Assembly: GCF_006345805.1 (NCBI RefSeq)
Contig: NC_042999.1
Location: 119,040,001 to 119,104,000, forward strand
Source of the DNA: Octopus sinensis
Taxonomy: Eukaryota
Length of the DNA: 64,000 nt
Reading direction: 5' to 3'
The notes below the pieces were generated by a model. That model saw nothing but the letters and a program-made list of their open reading frames with translations. It was not told where the DNA came from and searched no databases. The translations under genes were made by a program, and so were the position numbers. Shown piece by piece: positions 1 to 10,896 of the stretch (the first letter of the stretch is position 1; each line of letters opens with the position of its first letter).

Positions 1-464
1 TTGCTGCGTCTCCATGTGGCTGCTGTTGTGTTGGCACTGGAACTGGCTGTGTGCTCTGTGGTCAGTGGTTAGACCTCAAAAGGTCTAGAACCAAAAGACA
101 AAAGATGGTGTAAAGCTAGCATTTTATACTGTACTATCAGCTTGCTGGAAGTTTGGAAGAGACTGTCTCACGTGACCTTGTCAGAAGGCTGCAATTGGTT
201 GAGGTAGATATTGGTGCACAATAGAGCAAGAGACAAACTGCGCTAATACCAACTAATCTGAGTAGTGGACACAACAGGGTCCAAAAGGGCGGCCGAAGGG
301 TAGCTGTTATCTATTATATCTGTATTTGTGTATATATAACACAGAGAGAGAGAAACTTCCCTAAGCATACACTACACATCTCTCTTTTTAATATATCAAG
401 TCATCCCATAAATAATGTCAGAATTTTGGGTAAGGGACAAAGTGATCTAATTTTACATTTTATT

Positions 465-1775
465 TAAATTCAATCCTGTTTATAATTCCCATAATTATTG
501 ATGACTTCCTTCAATCTACTCATCAGTTTTTAAATTCCATTTGTGAAAAACTCTTCTGATTTTGATGAGAAGAAGGAAAAAAGGTCACTTTTGACCTCTT
601 TGGGGCTTTTGAGTACTAATCTATCTAAATGATTCTGTAAGCTTCAAAACAAATGGTTATCAGAATGAGTGGAGTCCAGGTGATAAGGTGTGTGAAGGGG
701 TTTTTCCCAGCCAAGTTCTTCAATGTTTCCTGATGTAATTTTTGCAGTGTGGAGCCTTGCATTATCATGATGAAACACTGCTTCCTTATGATTCATCAAA
801 GCAGACCTTTTTTTTTATTCAAAGCAGCATCGAAATGCTTTAATTCATCATCATCACCATCATCGTTTAGCGTCCGCTTTCCATGCTGGCATGGGTTGGA
901 CAGTTCAACTGGTGTCTGGAAAGCCAGAAGGCTGCACCAGGCCCAGTCTGATCTGGCAATGTTTCTACGGCTGGTTGCCCTTCCTTACGCCAACCACTCC
1001 ATGAGTGTAGTGGATGCTTTTTACGCGCCAGACGAAGCTGGCAAACGGCCACGATCGGATGGTGCTTTTTATGTGCCACCAGCACGGAGGCCAGGCGAGG
1101 CTAGCAATGGCCACGATTGGATGGTGCTTTTTACGTGCCACCGGCACGGATTTTACGTGGGCAATTATTTTTTTGATTGGTAGCAGCTTAAATGGATCTC
1201 TCCAATGCAATCTCACCAAACAGAAAGAACAATTTTTGCGTGGCGGCCCGTTTTGGGTTGTGGTCTAGTCTATTATTCATTGCCTAGTTGCTCAACATTT
1301 TCATAAAAAAATCCATTTTTCATCATCAGTCACTAATCTGTTCAAAAACTGTGAGCTACATTCATGAGAATGAAGAGATGAGCAAATGTCCACTCATGAC
1401 TTTTGATTGGCATCTGTCAAATCATGGGGAATCTATTTTCCAAGTTTGAAAACCTTTCCAAGCTGTTGAAGATGACAGTGAATAGTTGAAAGGCTTGAAT
1501 TGTGCTTGCTTGCCAATTCTTTAACTTACACATCATTATCTTTCTCAATCTCTGACAAAAGAAGCTAATGATCAAATTCAACAGGGCATCCTGTTTGTGG
1601 CCTCTCTCTTCAGCTGAAATCACCATTCTTGAACTTTGCAACCCTTCTTCTGCAACTTCTTTCATTTAAGCACTCTTATACACAAACAGAATGGATATTT
1701 TGAATTGGTTTTGCCGCACTGTTTCCCTTTTTGAACTCACAAAGCATAAGCATGCCTTAAGCACTCCTTCTATGC
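465..1775 (-). mobile_element. Decayed mariner (DD34D, Mos1/Hsmar-like) transposase, split by a retro-insertion at ~846-1150
   Basis: Minus-strand translation with frameshifts and stops gives EFKKGNSAAK...CRRRVAKFKNGDFS, GK*IPHDLT, FLNRLVTDDEKWIFYEN, HHDNARLHTA, PYHLDSTHSDNHLF*SLQNHL and FFTNGI*KL. These match canonical mariner motifs. Confidence 0.9.
846..1150 (-). mobile_element. RTE-3'-end-related short retroposon with an (ATG)n tail (family A)
   Basis: Begins catcatcatc-gtttagcgtccgctttccatgc. The same 3' terminus occurs on the RTE coding fragments at 25742-26560 and 37388-38118. Confidence 0.85.
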
Positions 1776-2298
1776 ATCCGTCTTTGAGGGATTAATATTA
1801 GTAATTATTTCAGTTAGATTATTTTGTAAAAAGAAATTATATCAAGTTAAAGGTTTCCAAATTCATATGAGTCTCAATTAATGCCATTTTGTCATTTTAG
1901 AATACTGATACTGTAAAATTTGATTGAAATTACATATATATTTCGAACATTATCTTTGGGATGACCTGATATATCTACAAGCACAGCAGGTCTTGAGGAG
2001 ACAAATGGTTATTTTAAAAGAAAAATTACAAAGGAAACTGACTCTATCCTACATGAAATAAATAGTAACAGAAAAGAAATATGGTGCAAGAATGTTAAAA
2101 CGCCTCATTGTTCTTTAGACCTCGGACTAAAGAACAATAGGGTCTTTAAATACAAACCTATAATACACATTCTCAGTCACAATTGGTGTTATTCCCTAAT
2201 GTTATATATGGTACTACCTAGTAGAGGATGATATTCTGCATGGAGCTGTTCAAAAGCTTATCATAAAGAGTGAATAGTGACAGTATAGGTGTGCTGCT

Positions 2299-2672
2299 TT
2301 TATTACCTCTGCCTTAGCGAAGGTGGAGGTATTGTTTTCAGTTGTGTTTGTTTGTTTGTTTGTCCATGGACAAGATATCTTGAGAACCGCTGGATAGATT
2401 TAGATGAAACTTTCAAGGATGTTTGGCTCTGTGACTGGCATAAACTGATTAGATTTTGGGATTGATTTAGTACCAGACAAAAATTCTGGATTATTTTTCC
2501 TGTTTTTATACTTAAATTTTGAGAGTGGTCAGGTTCATTTTAACTATTCTTGTTTGTGAGAACAGTCAAGTTTATTTCAGATATTCTCATTTTAAAAATC
2601 CTCTCTGGCTAATCGTTGAGAGGACATTGGTGTTGCCTTGGCAGAGGTTTGCACTCTCTGAGTACTCTTGTT
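2299..2672 (+). mobile_element. Non-autonomous Helentron (HINE/DINE-1-like)
   Basis: 5' ttattACCTCTGCC, then a (TTTG)n microsatellite, a 3' subterminal inverted copy (GGCAGAGGT) and a terminal hairpin gcactctctgagtac followed by a T-rich site. Confidence 0.75.
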
Positions 2673-2715
2673 ATTATTTTTATTATTGAGTAGACCGTTT
2701 TTGTATGTTGGCAAA

Positions 2716-2897
2716 GGTAAAGAATACACACACCTATTTAGGGCTAGGGTTAGGGCTAGGGTTTAGGGTTAGGGATAGGGTTAGGGTTAGGGATAGGGTT
2801 TAGAGTTAGGGATAGGGTTTAGGGTTACATTTAGGGTTTATGGTTAAGGTTAGGGTTTGGGTTACACCGAAAACAGGTGGTGTGCATATTCTTTGCC
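2716..2897. repeat. Interstitial degenerate (TTAGGG)n tract (~2738-2865) flanked by imperfect 19-bp inverted repeats
   Basis: ttagggctagggttagggctagggtttagggttagggataggg... The left arm GGTAAAGAATACACACACC matches the reverse complement of the right arm GGCAAAGAATATGCACACC at 16/19. Confidence 0.9.
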
Positions 2898-3959
2898 TCC
2901 ACCAGTATGTTTTTAGATTCTGTGGTAGCCACAGGGGAGGTTGGCCAATAAAGACACAAGGTGCAAAAGTAGATGTTTTCTACATTTAGCATTAGTAGAG
3001 CACATCCCAGTGCAATACTTGATGATAATGTGTTAATTGATGTTTGGGCTATTTGTATATCTTACATTTTACTTTTTATCTTTTACTTGTTTCAGTCATT
3101 AGTCTGTGGCCATATATCCTTGAATATGGTATAGAGCCAGCCAGAGAGGTGCAACATTACATCAATAGCCACCTATATATGGCAATTAAAAGATGAAGGA
3201 ATACCATACAAAATAAAATGAAAGCTGCTAGAACAATCTGGGTCATACCTCATCAAAAGCAGATGGTGCAAATTTTACTCAGCTGAGAGGACAATAATCA
3301 TGAAAAAATTACATGATCTACATACCTTCTTGAATTCAAAAAGTGAAATTTTTTGATGAAGCCCTTATGACAAAAAATTCATTTTGGAAATGTGGTCTTC
3401 CACATTTATAGACTAGTAAACAAAAACTGCACACAAACTGAACTATTTCAGACACAACTGGAATCATTCAAAGGGAAGTAATCCAATGAGTATATAGCCA
3501 ACAAGTCATATTTCACATATATTGCCAAGTGCAATAGTAGAAGGGAAAGCATTGATAACTTTCTGACTGGTTATATGCTATAACCAAGGGTATACAACTT
3601 CAGCTACATAATGTGTGTGTGTGGGCATGCGTGTGTGTGTGCATGTGTGAGTGTGTGTGCATATTATTTGGTTTAGTCAGTCTCTTGCTATTCTGAGTTC
3701 CATCTGTTAGTGCACAGGATCTTCATAAAAAGTTATGACTGAAAATTGATCGGATTTGCTCATCTGTCTGTCTATATATATATATATATATATAGCTGAA
3801 ATTTACAGAAAAACAGAAGATGAAGACAAGTGTATAAACAACAAACAGGTGTATTAGTTTAATGCTTGGGAAGGTGAGAAAGTCTTTTATGTTTTGAGCC
3901 TACACTCTTCAAAAGAAAGGAGCACAAGGAAATAAACAGAGAGAAATTAAAAAAACTTT

Positions 3960-4560
3960 TGGAGCTAGTAGTCAATCATATATATATATATATATATATA
4001 TAGTCAATCCAAGCATGAGCAAGCAAGAAAAAACTACAATGCAAGGATGTGGAATAAGTACAGTGTTATTGGACACTGAGGAAAGGAAAGAAAAGAAAGA
4101 GGATTTCATGTTTTGAGTGGAGCTCTTCATCAGAAATATAGAAAAAGTCCAAAGAAGGGAAGACGGAGAAAGAAAATCGTCAAAGATACATGATGGAAAG
4201 AAAAATATAGTAAGGAGTGGAAAAAGGAGAAACAAAGAGAAAAAGATGGAAAAGAATGCTTAAAAGAAGAAAGGAAAAGAAAAGAAAGAAAAGAAAACAC
4301 AAGGAAAGGAAAAAGAGACAAGGTAGAGAGAGTTAGAGAGAGGGAAAGAGAGCGAGTGAGAGAGTGTAAGAACAGAGTGAGAAGAAGAGGAAATGAAGGG
4401 AGTATATTGATAAGAGAGAATGAAGTAATGTGGGCAAATATGAGAATGACCAAAGAATGCAATGGAAAAACTCAATAGAAAAATAGCTGATAAGCACATG
4501 GATGAACTTTGGAACCATTGGCATTTAAGGATAGTAACAAATGGAAGAAAAAGTAAATAA
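3960..4560. repeat. (TA)n followed by a purine-rich GA/GAAA low-complexity tract
   Basis: Direct inspection. It explains the F/S/L-rich minus-strand ORFs. Confidence 0.85.
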
Positions 4561-4786
4561 ATATATAAAAAATAATGACATGACTGTTAAAATGAATAAC
4601 AGCAAGGGGGCTAATTTGAAGTAATGGTCAAAAAGGTGTAGGTAGCAATTGTGGTAGTGGTGTATAAACAAAGTATAGGGTAATGCAAAAAAATATTTGA
4701 GGCATAAATGGAATAAATGAAGGTATATAGTAAAATATTGAGGAAGGTATGGGAAAATATTGAAAAATTCCGAAAAAAGAAACAAA

Positions 4787-4975
4787 ATGACAATTAAGAT
4801 AGAGAGAAAAGAAATCATAGCAACAAGGGTGGTTTTAGAGGGCTGGTCCATAGTTCAATAAGTAATAATTGAAGTGATTGTTATAAATGAATAAAATAAG
4901 AACTATTAACTGTCCCTCTAAAATAATACCTCTGTTGCTATGATTTGTCTCCTTTTCATTTTAACTGTTATGTTT
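4787..4975. repeat. Imperfect ~55-bp inverted repeat (MITE-like fold-back)
   Basis: aaatcatagcaacaagggtggttttagaggg (~4812-4842) is inverted in ccctctaaaataatacctctgttgctatgattt (~4914-4946). Confidence 0.6.
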
Positions 4976-5169
4976 TATAGTAATTTTCAATACTTAATAT
5001 CAAGTATGAGATCAACAATAGAAATATACATTAATAAATGGGTAATAATAAAATAAAATAGCAGTTTAGAAGGAACAAAATTATATCAAGAAAGGATAGG
5101 GAGTCGATTACACATAGTAAATTAGAGTACCCTACACAATTGTATTAAAAGCAAGTGTTCTTTTAACGT

Positions 5170-5535
5170 TTTGCAATCAGTCTACAATTGTGTAGTTAGC
5201 GTGGGCCTATTTAGCCACTCATATGCATCTTTGTTTGTTCTTTCTCGAGCCATGTCTGGCTCATAAGGGCTGGTTTCCTGGTTTCCTTGGTGTATAGGTT
5301 CCCCACCTGGACGGGATGGAGGTCCGTTGCAGGTGAGCTGCAAGATGCAGGAGGAAAGAGTGAGAGAAAGTTGTGGCAAAAAAAATCAGCAGAGGTTCGT
5401 CATTACCTTCTGTCAGAGCCGTGTGGAGCTTAGGTGTTTCGCTCATAAACACACACATCGCCCAGTCTGAGATTCGAACCCGCGATCCCTCGACCGCGAG
5501 TCCGCTGCTCTAGCCACTAGACCAAGTGTCTCCAC
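5170..5535 (-). mobile_element. tRNA(Arg-like)-headed SINE with a Meta/V-like central domain
   Basis: Minus strand: TGGTCTAGTGG A-box, GCGGACTCGCGGTCG anticodon-like arm, GGTTCGAATCT B-box. There is no tRNA acceptor stem. Internal CCTGCAACGGACCTCCATCCCGTCCAGG. Confidence 0.85.
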
Positions 5536-6081
5536 GATATGCATCTTTGATAAAATATAATGGATGACTGCATCTCCCTCTTTTCAAATGCTACATCAAG
5601 AAGTCACTGAACATTTAGTCCTAAAGAAAAAGCTCTACAAAGACCTTACAGTTATGCTCATCACACAACTTCTTTAACCTTAATCACTAGTCCGAGGAAG
5701 ACAACTCACTTCTTGATCAAGTATGGCAGTGTGTCAATTTTCATGATAGTCTCAACAGATACCCAGGTCTGACCCACATGTGATACCAAATGCATCATCA
5801 CAAACACAGAAAGTCAACAGTGTCTTATGGTTTCATCATCCTGCATGCATCCCAGATAAGCTTAATTGTTGGTAGCTGTAACATAGCCCTATTCAAAGAA
5901 TATATTTGAAATGCACAAAGCTCTCCAGTACAATTTACCGATGAAAATCTTTTGGAAATTGTCTATAATTTACAGGGTGATTGAAAAGTAACTCCTTATT
6001 TTAAGATACTTATAAATTATTTATCAATTGTAATTTTTTCTCAAATTTTTTTTTTTAAGTATGAGAATTTAATCTGTAATT

Positions 6082-6335
6082 GGGCATATGGCATAGTGGT
6101 TAAGAGTGCGGGCTACTTACCCCAAGATTCCGAGTTCAATTCCAGACAGTGACCTGAATAATAATAATAATAACATTGAAAAATACCATAGGAATGAGAA
6201 CCCAGTTTCGAAATTTCCCCAAGACACCTGATGAAGGCTGGAGGGTATATCAGCTGAAACGTTGTGTTAATAACAAATGAGATGAGAACAAATGTCTGTC
6301 AAATGTAAATAATGTTTATAATTCCTCATCTCTTA
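6082..6335 (+). mobile_element. tRNA-headed SINE-like element carrying a Penelope-type hammerhead motif
   Basis: A-box TGGCATAGTGG (6089-6099), B-box GTTCAATTCC (6134-6143), a (TAA)n linker, then CTGATGA...GAAACGT. Confidence 0.8.
6223..6268 (+). ncRNA. Minimal type I hammerhead ribozyme motif
   Basis: Stem I acac/gtgt; core CUGAUGA (6228-6234); stem II ggcug/cagcu; GAAA (6256-6259); palindromic ACGU helix III; cleavage triplet GUU. Confidence 0.7.
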
Positions 6336-6427
6336 AATATAGAACTGTATTATAAGAAGTTATGTCTTCCATCCCAGAAGAGTTATATCTTCCCTGGTGA
6401 AATGAGTTGATGCATTTCCTGAGTGAT

Positions 6428-6460
6428 TCATGAAGCTGGTGGCAACATCTGGAGCCCATA
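6428..6460 (-). CDS. Candidate divergent gene, exon 4 coding part (YGLQMLPPAS*)
   Basis: Minus-strand acceptor ttttattcgaaattcag|TAT. In phase 0 the stop TGA falls at 6430-6428. Confidence 0.3.
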   Translation of the reverse strand, partial: YGLQMLPPAS

Positions 6461-6573
6461 CTGAATTTCGAATAAAACCTTATACTTTCCTCTCATATCC
6501 ATTTTTTTTGTGAAAATTATAATTAATGAATAATTTATATGTATTTTAAAATAGGGTGTTACATTTCAATCAC

Positions 6574-6660
6574 CTTGTATATCCACTCTGAAAGATAATA
6601 CTCAACAATCTCTCTGTAGAATACGTGAGTTGACTGGTCACTGACCGTATGAACCAGCTG
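6574..6660 (-). CDS. Candidate divergent gene, exon 3 (QLVHTVSDQSTHVFYREIVEYYLSEWIYK)
   Basis: Minus-strand acceptor ttaattctgttctatag|CAG and donor AAG|GTGATT. 87 nt of unique sequence, open in frame 0 (and also frame 2). Confidence 0.45.
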
Positions 6661-6754
6661 CTATAGAACAGAATTAACAATAGCTGCATTCCTATTTTAG
6701 CAATCCATTATACAAACATTTCTACACAAGTGCAAATTAAGACATTCTTAACAA

Positions 6755-7152
6755 TCCTTTCTACTATAGACACAAGGCCTGAAATTTTGCAGGAAGGGGC
6801 TAGTCAATTACATCTAACTCAGTGCGTAACTGATACTTATTTTATCAACTTCGAAAGGATACAAGGCAAAGCTGACCTCAGCGAAGTCTGAACTCAGAAC
6901 AAGAAAATGGATGAAATACCTATTTCTTTACTACCCACAAGGAGCTGAACACAAAGAGTACAAACAAGGACGGACAAATGGATTAAGTCGATTATATCGA
7001 CTCCAGTGTGTAACTGGTAATTATTTAATCGACCCCGAAAGGATGAAAGACAAAATCGACCTCGGCGGAATTTGAACTCAGAACGTAATGGCAGACAAAA
7101 TGCTGCTAAGAATTTCGCCTGGCTTGCTAACAATTCTGACAGCTCACCACCT
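6755..7152 (-). mobile_element. Two head-to-tail tRNA-headed SINEs with a Nin/Deu-like domain (family C)
   Basis: Both carry the reverse complement of ttctgagttcaaattccgccgaggtcga...tttcatcctttcggggtcgat. Junction at ~6905-6920. Confidence 0.85.
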
Positions 7153-7573
7153 TAGACATTCTTAATAATAAAAAAAACTGTTGCCTTTGAATTATAGTTC
7201 TACAATTAGGCATATCATCTGAGAAAATTTGATTAGGCAAAGCCATCTGTTGAGCATGGAAATTTGTAATACAAAGAGTTAAAGTTAAATACTGTATTGT
7301 GTTGTTGATGACAATGTTTAGTCCTAACAGTCAGGCCTAGTCAAACAGGCCATCATTACATTTTTCTGGGGATTGTTTATTATACGTTATCCAATGTGTA
7401 AGTAAGGTGTGATATGAGGTGATTTGGTTGTTGTTTATAACAAAGTGTGTGTAGACGAATGCTTCTGAAACAATCTAATATGGCATACTAACAGTTTTTT
7501 ATTTTTTTATCCAATGTGCCAGGAACAGGTAATATTTCTTAGTAATATCAATTTGTACCAGAAACAATATATA

Positions 7574-8079
7574 TCTATATATATAAAACTCTAGTTGTGT
7601 GAGTGTCTGTCCCCTTCGATTTAGATTCCTAACTCCTCTCACATTTTGCGGTGCAGTTTAACCAAATTCGGATATCTTATAGTCGTGATTCATATCGAGC
7701 CCGTCTGACTATTATCGCGCGTCAACGATGAGTCTACGATTTTAAAAATAATTTAACATCATTTTTTATTCCATTTTAATGCATAAAATGCATCGTATGT
7801 CGATGGCGGCGGAGTTGGCGTCCACGCTCACAGCTGCACCTGTTTGCTTCTCCCCCTTCCCTCCCTCGTGAAGCTATGGGGAAGGGAGTGTAAAGAAATC
7901 AACGTCGTAATGCGTTGTGAAGGAAACCAGCGTTCTTTTAGAACAACGACTTCATGGCTTGAAGACACCAAAACAAAAATGGCTAAGAAAGCCCGAATTT
8001 ATAAGGGAAGTAACTCTCTAAAAATGCTTATATAGTTATTTCCCTTACAAATCCGAGCAACGCCGGGCGATACTGCTAG
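7574..8079 (+). mobile_element. Non-autonomous Helitron
   Basis: A|TCTATATATATAAAA 5' end; 3' hairpin ccgagcaacgccggg then ...CTAG|T. A homologous copy lies at 53654-54049. Confidence 0.85.
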
Positions 8080-8129
8080 TAATGAATATAATAAAAGTTG
8101 ACATTCTTTTTTTATCTTATATTTATTTT

Positions 8130-8312
8130 GTAAACAAATAATACAATATTGCTTAAACGGATAAGTTGCTTACTGCAGTGCGTAAGTCGAAATTACTGAA
8201 ATTATGCTATTGTTTCTTTCTTTTCTGGAAACTCGCCGCGTACCGGCAGCTGATGGCTCGCAGACCGGCGCAGGTTCACGGACTCCACCACTTTGAGTGC
8301 TCCTGGTGTAGA
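8130..8312 (-). mobile_element. hAT (Charlie-like) MITE terminus
   Basis: The minus strand starts caggagcactcaaagtggtggagtccgtgaacc..., resembling the CAG..CTCAAAGTG..GTCC termini of hAT MITEs. Confidence 0.5.
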
Positions 8313-8556
8313 CAACTGACGAAAGTTAAACTGTTTAGTCTAAATGCATAAAAAAAAAAAAAATCTAATCTAAGGGAGGTAACACATATCTTTCGATTTA
8401 GATTTGTGGTCTAAGGGGAGTAATTAAAAATGTATATTATTAGAGTAGCTTGACCTTGCAAGTTTTAAAACATTGGATCACTTGACTGCTATTGCACAAC
8501 TTCTAATCTTGACAATTCTAAATCTCAGGTTTTATATATCTAAAAGAATCCTACAC

Positions 8557-8600
8557 CTCATTAAAGAAATTGTTTTCATTTTGAGAACTTTTATTTGCAT
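8557..8600 (-). CDS. Candidate divergent gene, exon 2 (D-ANKSSQNENNFFNE, phase 1 to 0)
   Basis: Minus-strand acceptor tcctttccgttatttttag|AT and weaker donor GAG|GTGTAG. Its 44 nt restore the frame between exon 1 and exon 3. Confidence 0.35.
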
Positions 8601-8970
8601 CTAAAAATAACGGAAAGGACAATCTTTTGTTTGCATGGATAACCTTTAATGATGATGATGTTCGTAAATTTGTTCGTGTGCCGTGAAAAGATCTAGAATT
8701 TATCGTTTTGAACTGATCTTGGAAGTAAAAGACTTTTGGTATTACAGTTTCAGAGCTGTTTGTTCCGTTATGTTTGTATATATATATGTGTTGTTATACA
8801 GAAAAGCTCAATAGAAAACATTAATATGTGTGTATGTGTGTGTGTGTCATGTGGAATGTTATAAATTGCCATTATAACAGACGTTAGGAGAAGAATGAAA
8901 AGAAAACGCAATTTTCTGAGCAAAAATTTACGACAGCTTTTCACTGAGTTAATTTATCAGAAATTCTCAC

Positions 8971-9043
8971 CGTTTCCGGATATTAAAACTTCACTCAATA
9001 TAATACTTTCATGTACATCATAAAAAGTATCGATTTTATTCAT
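8971..9043 (-). CDS. Candidate divergent gene, exon 1 (MNKIDTFYDVHESIILSEVLISGN, phase 1)
   Basis: The minus-strand ATG at 9043 is open to a strong donor ACG|GTGAGA at 8971/8970. Confidence 0.4.
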
Positions 9044-9332
9044 CTGACTTAAACAGTTTTAGTAGTGAATTGTTGTTTGTAGTCATATAAAAATTTTGGA
9101 TGAAAATGTATGGGGGAAATAACAAATAAATAAAATATTTCAAAAAATTATTTAGACTGGAGTTGCATCCCTTTAATCTTTTATACTGCGCATGTTAAGC
9201 AGGAAGCGGAAATTAAAGGGTTCTTTACCATGTTGATTTGTGTATGTTTCACTTGTTTTGTCTGCTGTTTCAATCTCATCGTTAATTAGCTTATAATTTA
9301 GATGAATTGCTGGCGTAGTTTACACACGGGGA
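9044..9332. promoter_or_regulatory. Probable bidirectional TATA-less promoter
   Basis: TGCGCATG (NRF1-like) at 9187-9194 and GGAAGCGGAAAT (tandem ETS-like) at 9202-9213. These lie between two divergent ATG-plus-donor exons in repeat-free, CpG-enriched sequence. Confidence 0.5.
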
Positions 9333-9498
9333 ATGACTTTACTGAATCAACTTGACATCTATATACCATTTGAATTTATACGGAAATGTGTGGAGAGCAG
9401 CCACGAAGGCCGCCCTGTTTTGTGGTCGGGTTCCATCAATGACATCGTGGCTTCGGACAAGACGTCAGATCATCTCTTATCTCATCCGATGTCTTCTG
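9333..9498 (+). CDS. Candidate first coding exon, open in two frames (ATG 9333 gives phase 1; ATG 9439 gives phase 0)
   Basis: GC-richer, CpG-containing, non-repeat segment ending at donor CTG|GTAATA (9498/9499). It lies just downstream of NRF1-like and ETS-like motifs. Confidence 0.45.
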
Positions 9499-9852
9499 GT
9501 AATAAGATCGTTTTGTTCTTTTATACATCCCTAGAGTTATGTTTACCCATGTCTCGCTAAATTTTTACCATCTCTCCCTTTTTTCTTCTCTGGGTGTTTT
9601 AATTAAGTAAAACATTTTCTTATAATTAAAGTGTCAAATTATATCGAGATGACGTTTTCCTAAACCATTGCGCCCCGCTGACTTTGTCCTCTCAACTTTA
9701 AGAAAAATGAATGTTTATTAATGAAATTTCTTATAAATACCTTTCAGTCGGTGCAGATTACAATTATATTGTTATTTGTTGTGTAAAGAGTTTTTTAGGG
9801 ATGGAGTGAAGTTTTTCTAAAAATAAAAAAAAAGAGCGATCTGGCATATCTA

Positions 9853-10520
9853 CACTATTGTGCCCCACCTCTCGCTTTTGTTTCCTCATAACTTCTAGAA
9901 AAATGGATATTTCTTAAATGAAATTTTCAACAAATATGCTTCATATGGTGTAGATTTCGATTGTCTAGAAATTCGTGAACAACGTTTTCCTTTCTGTTGG
10001 GAGAAGAGTTTTGGAAAATTCACTCGAGTAAGCTTTCGTCATAACTTTCAGAAAAATGGATATTTTTAAATGAAATTTTCTACAAATACCTCTCAAAGTG
10101 TGTAGATTGCGTGTCTATCTGAATTAAATATGAAAAGCAAACAAACAAGCAAATTGGTGCGCTCCCACACATACATATTGACGCACATCTTATCTACAAA
10201 ATGGGATTTAAAATTTCGAAAAAAATTGAGCTGCGTGCGAGTATGTATGTTTACGTGCTCACCATTTTTCTATTCACATCAGCTTAGAAAATTTCATTAA
10301 AAATATCGATTTTTATGAAAGTTATGAGGAAACAAAGCTGGCACATGAATTTTCTGAAACCCTTCTTTCAAACCACCCAGAATTATTTTTTTCACAACAA
10401 ATTTCGATATAATCGGAATATATACAATCTGAAGAATATTTGTTGAAAATTTCTTTCAAAAATATTCATTTTTCAAGAAGTCATGAGGAAACAAAGTCAG
10501 GGGTGGGGGGCACACTTGTG
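9853..10520. mobile_element. TA-flanked MITE with repeated subterminal motif (Tc1/mariner-type)
   Basis: TA|CACTATTGTGCCCC ... GGGGCACACTTGTG|TA. The motif ctttgtttcctcataactt...aaaaatggatattt..aatgaaattttc occurs twice direct and twice inverted inside, plus a further diverged copy at ~9655. Confidence 0.75.
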
Positions 10521-10896
10521 TATGTATACTGATCATTCTCATAATGATTTCAATTTAATGTGGAAGTCTACTTGAATATCTATTAAATAAAAAATGTTAA
10601 GGATTATAAATGGATTTAGTTCTATTACAAATTTATCCAGTAATCAATATTTTCAGAAAAGATCATTAAAAGTTTGTCTTTGATAAAGGATCTGGAAGTT
10701 TATTCATCTTATTCTTTTGAAGAAATATAAATAGAGTAACATTGACATGAAAAAAACTTTTCATTTGAAAAAGTTCATTAAAGATAGTTTACAACAGTAA
10801 AATGTAAGGAGATGGCAGAATGAAAGAAAACCAGTGAATAAATAATCAAAATATAATTATGTACATGTATACTCCCTCAATTACATATCACTCCAG

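Noticed and set aside
749-1268. ORFs of 72-144 aa (similar ones at 28368-28637 and 33442-33811)
   Set aside because: They fall in family A repeat or mariner antisense sequence and recur at every copy.
3249-3364. Two minus-strand mini-exons with good GT/AG signals
   Set aside because: The intervening intron is only 43 nt and the 34-nt exon has stops in all three frames.
5461-5533. Possible tRNA-Arg gene (and similar heads at 6082, 33320, 45925)
   Set aside because: There is no paired acceptor stem, and each continues into a SINE body.
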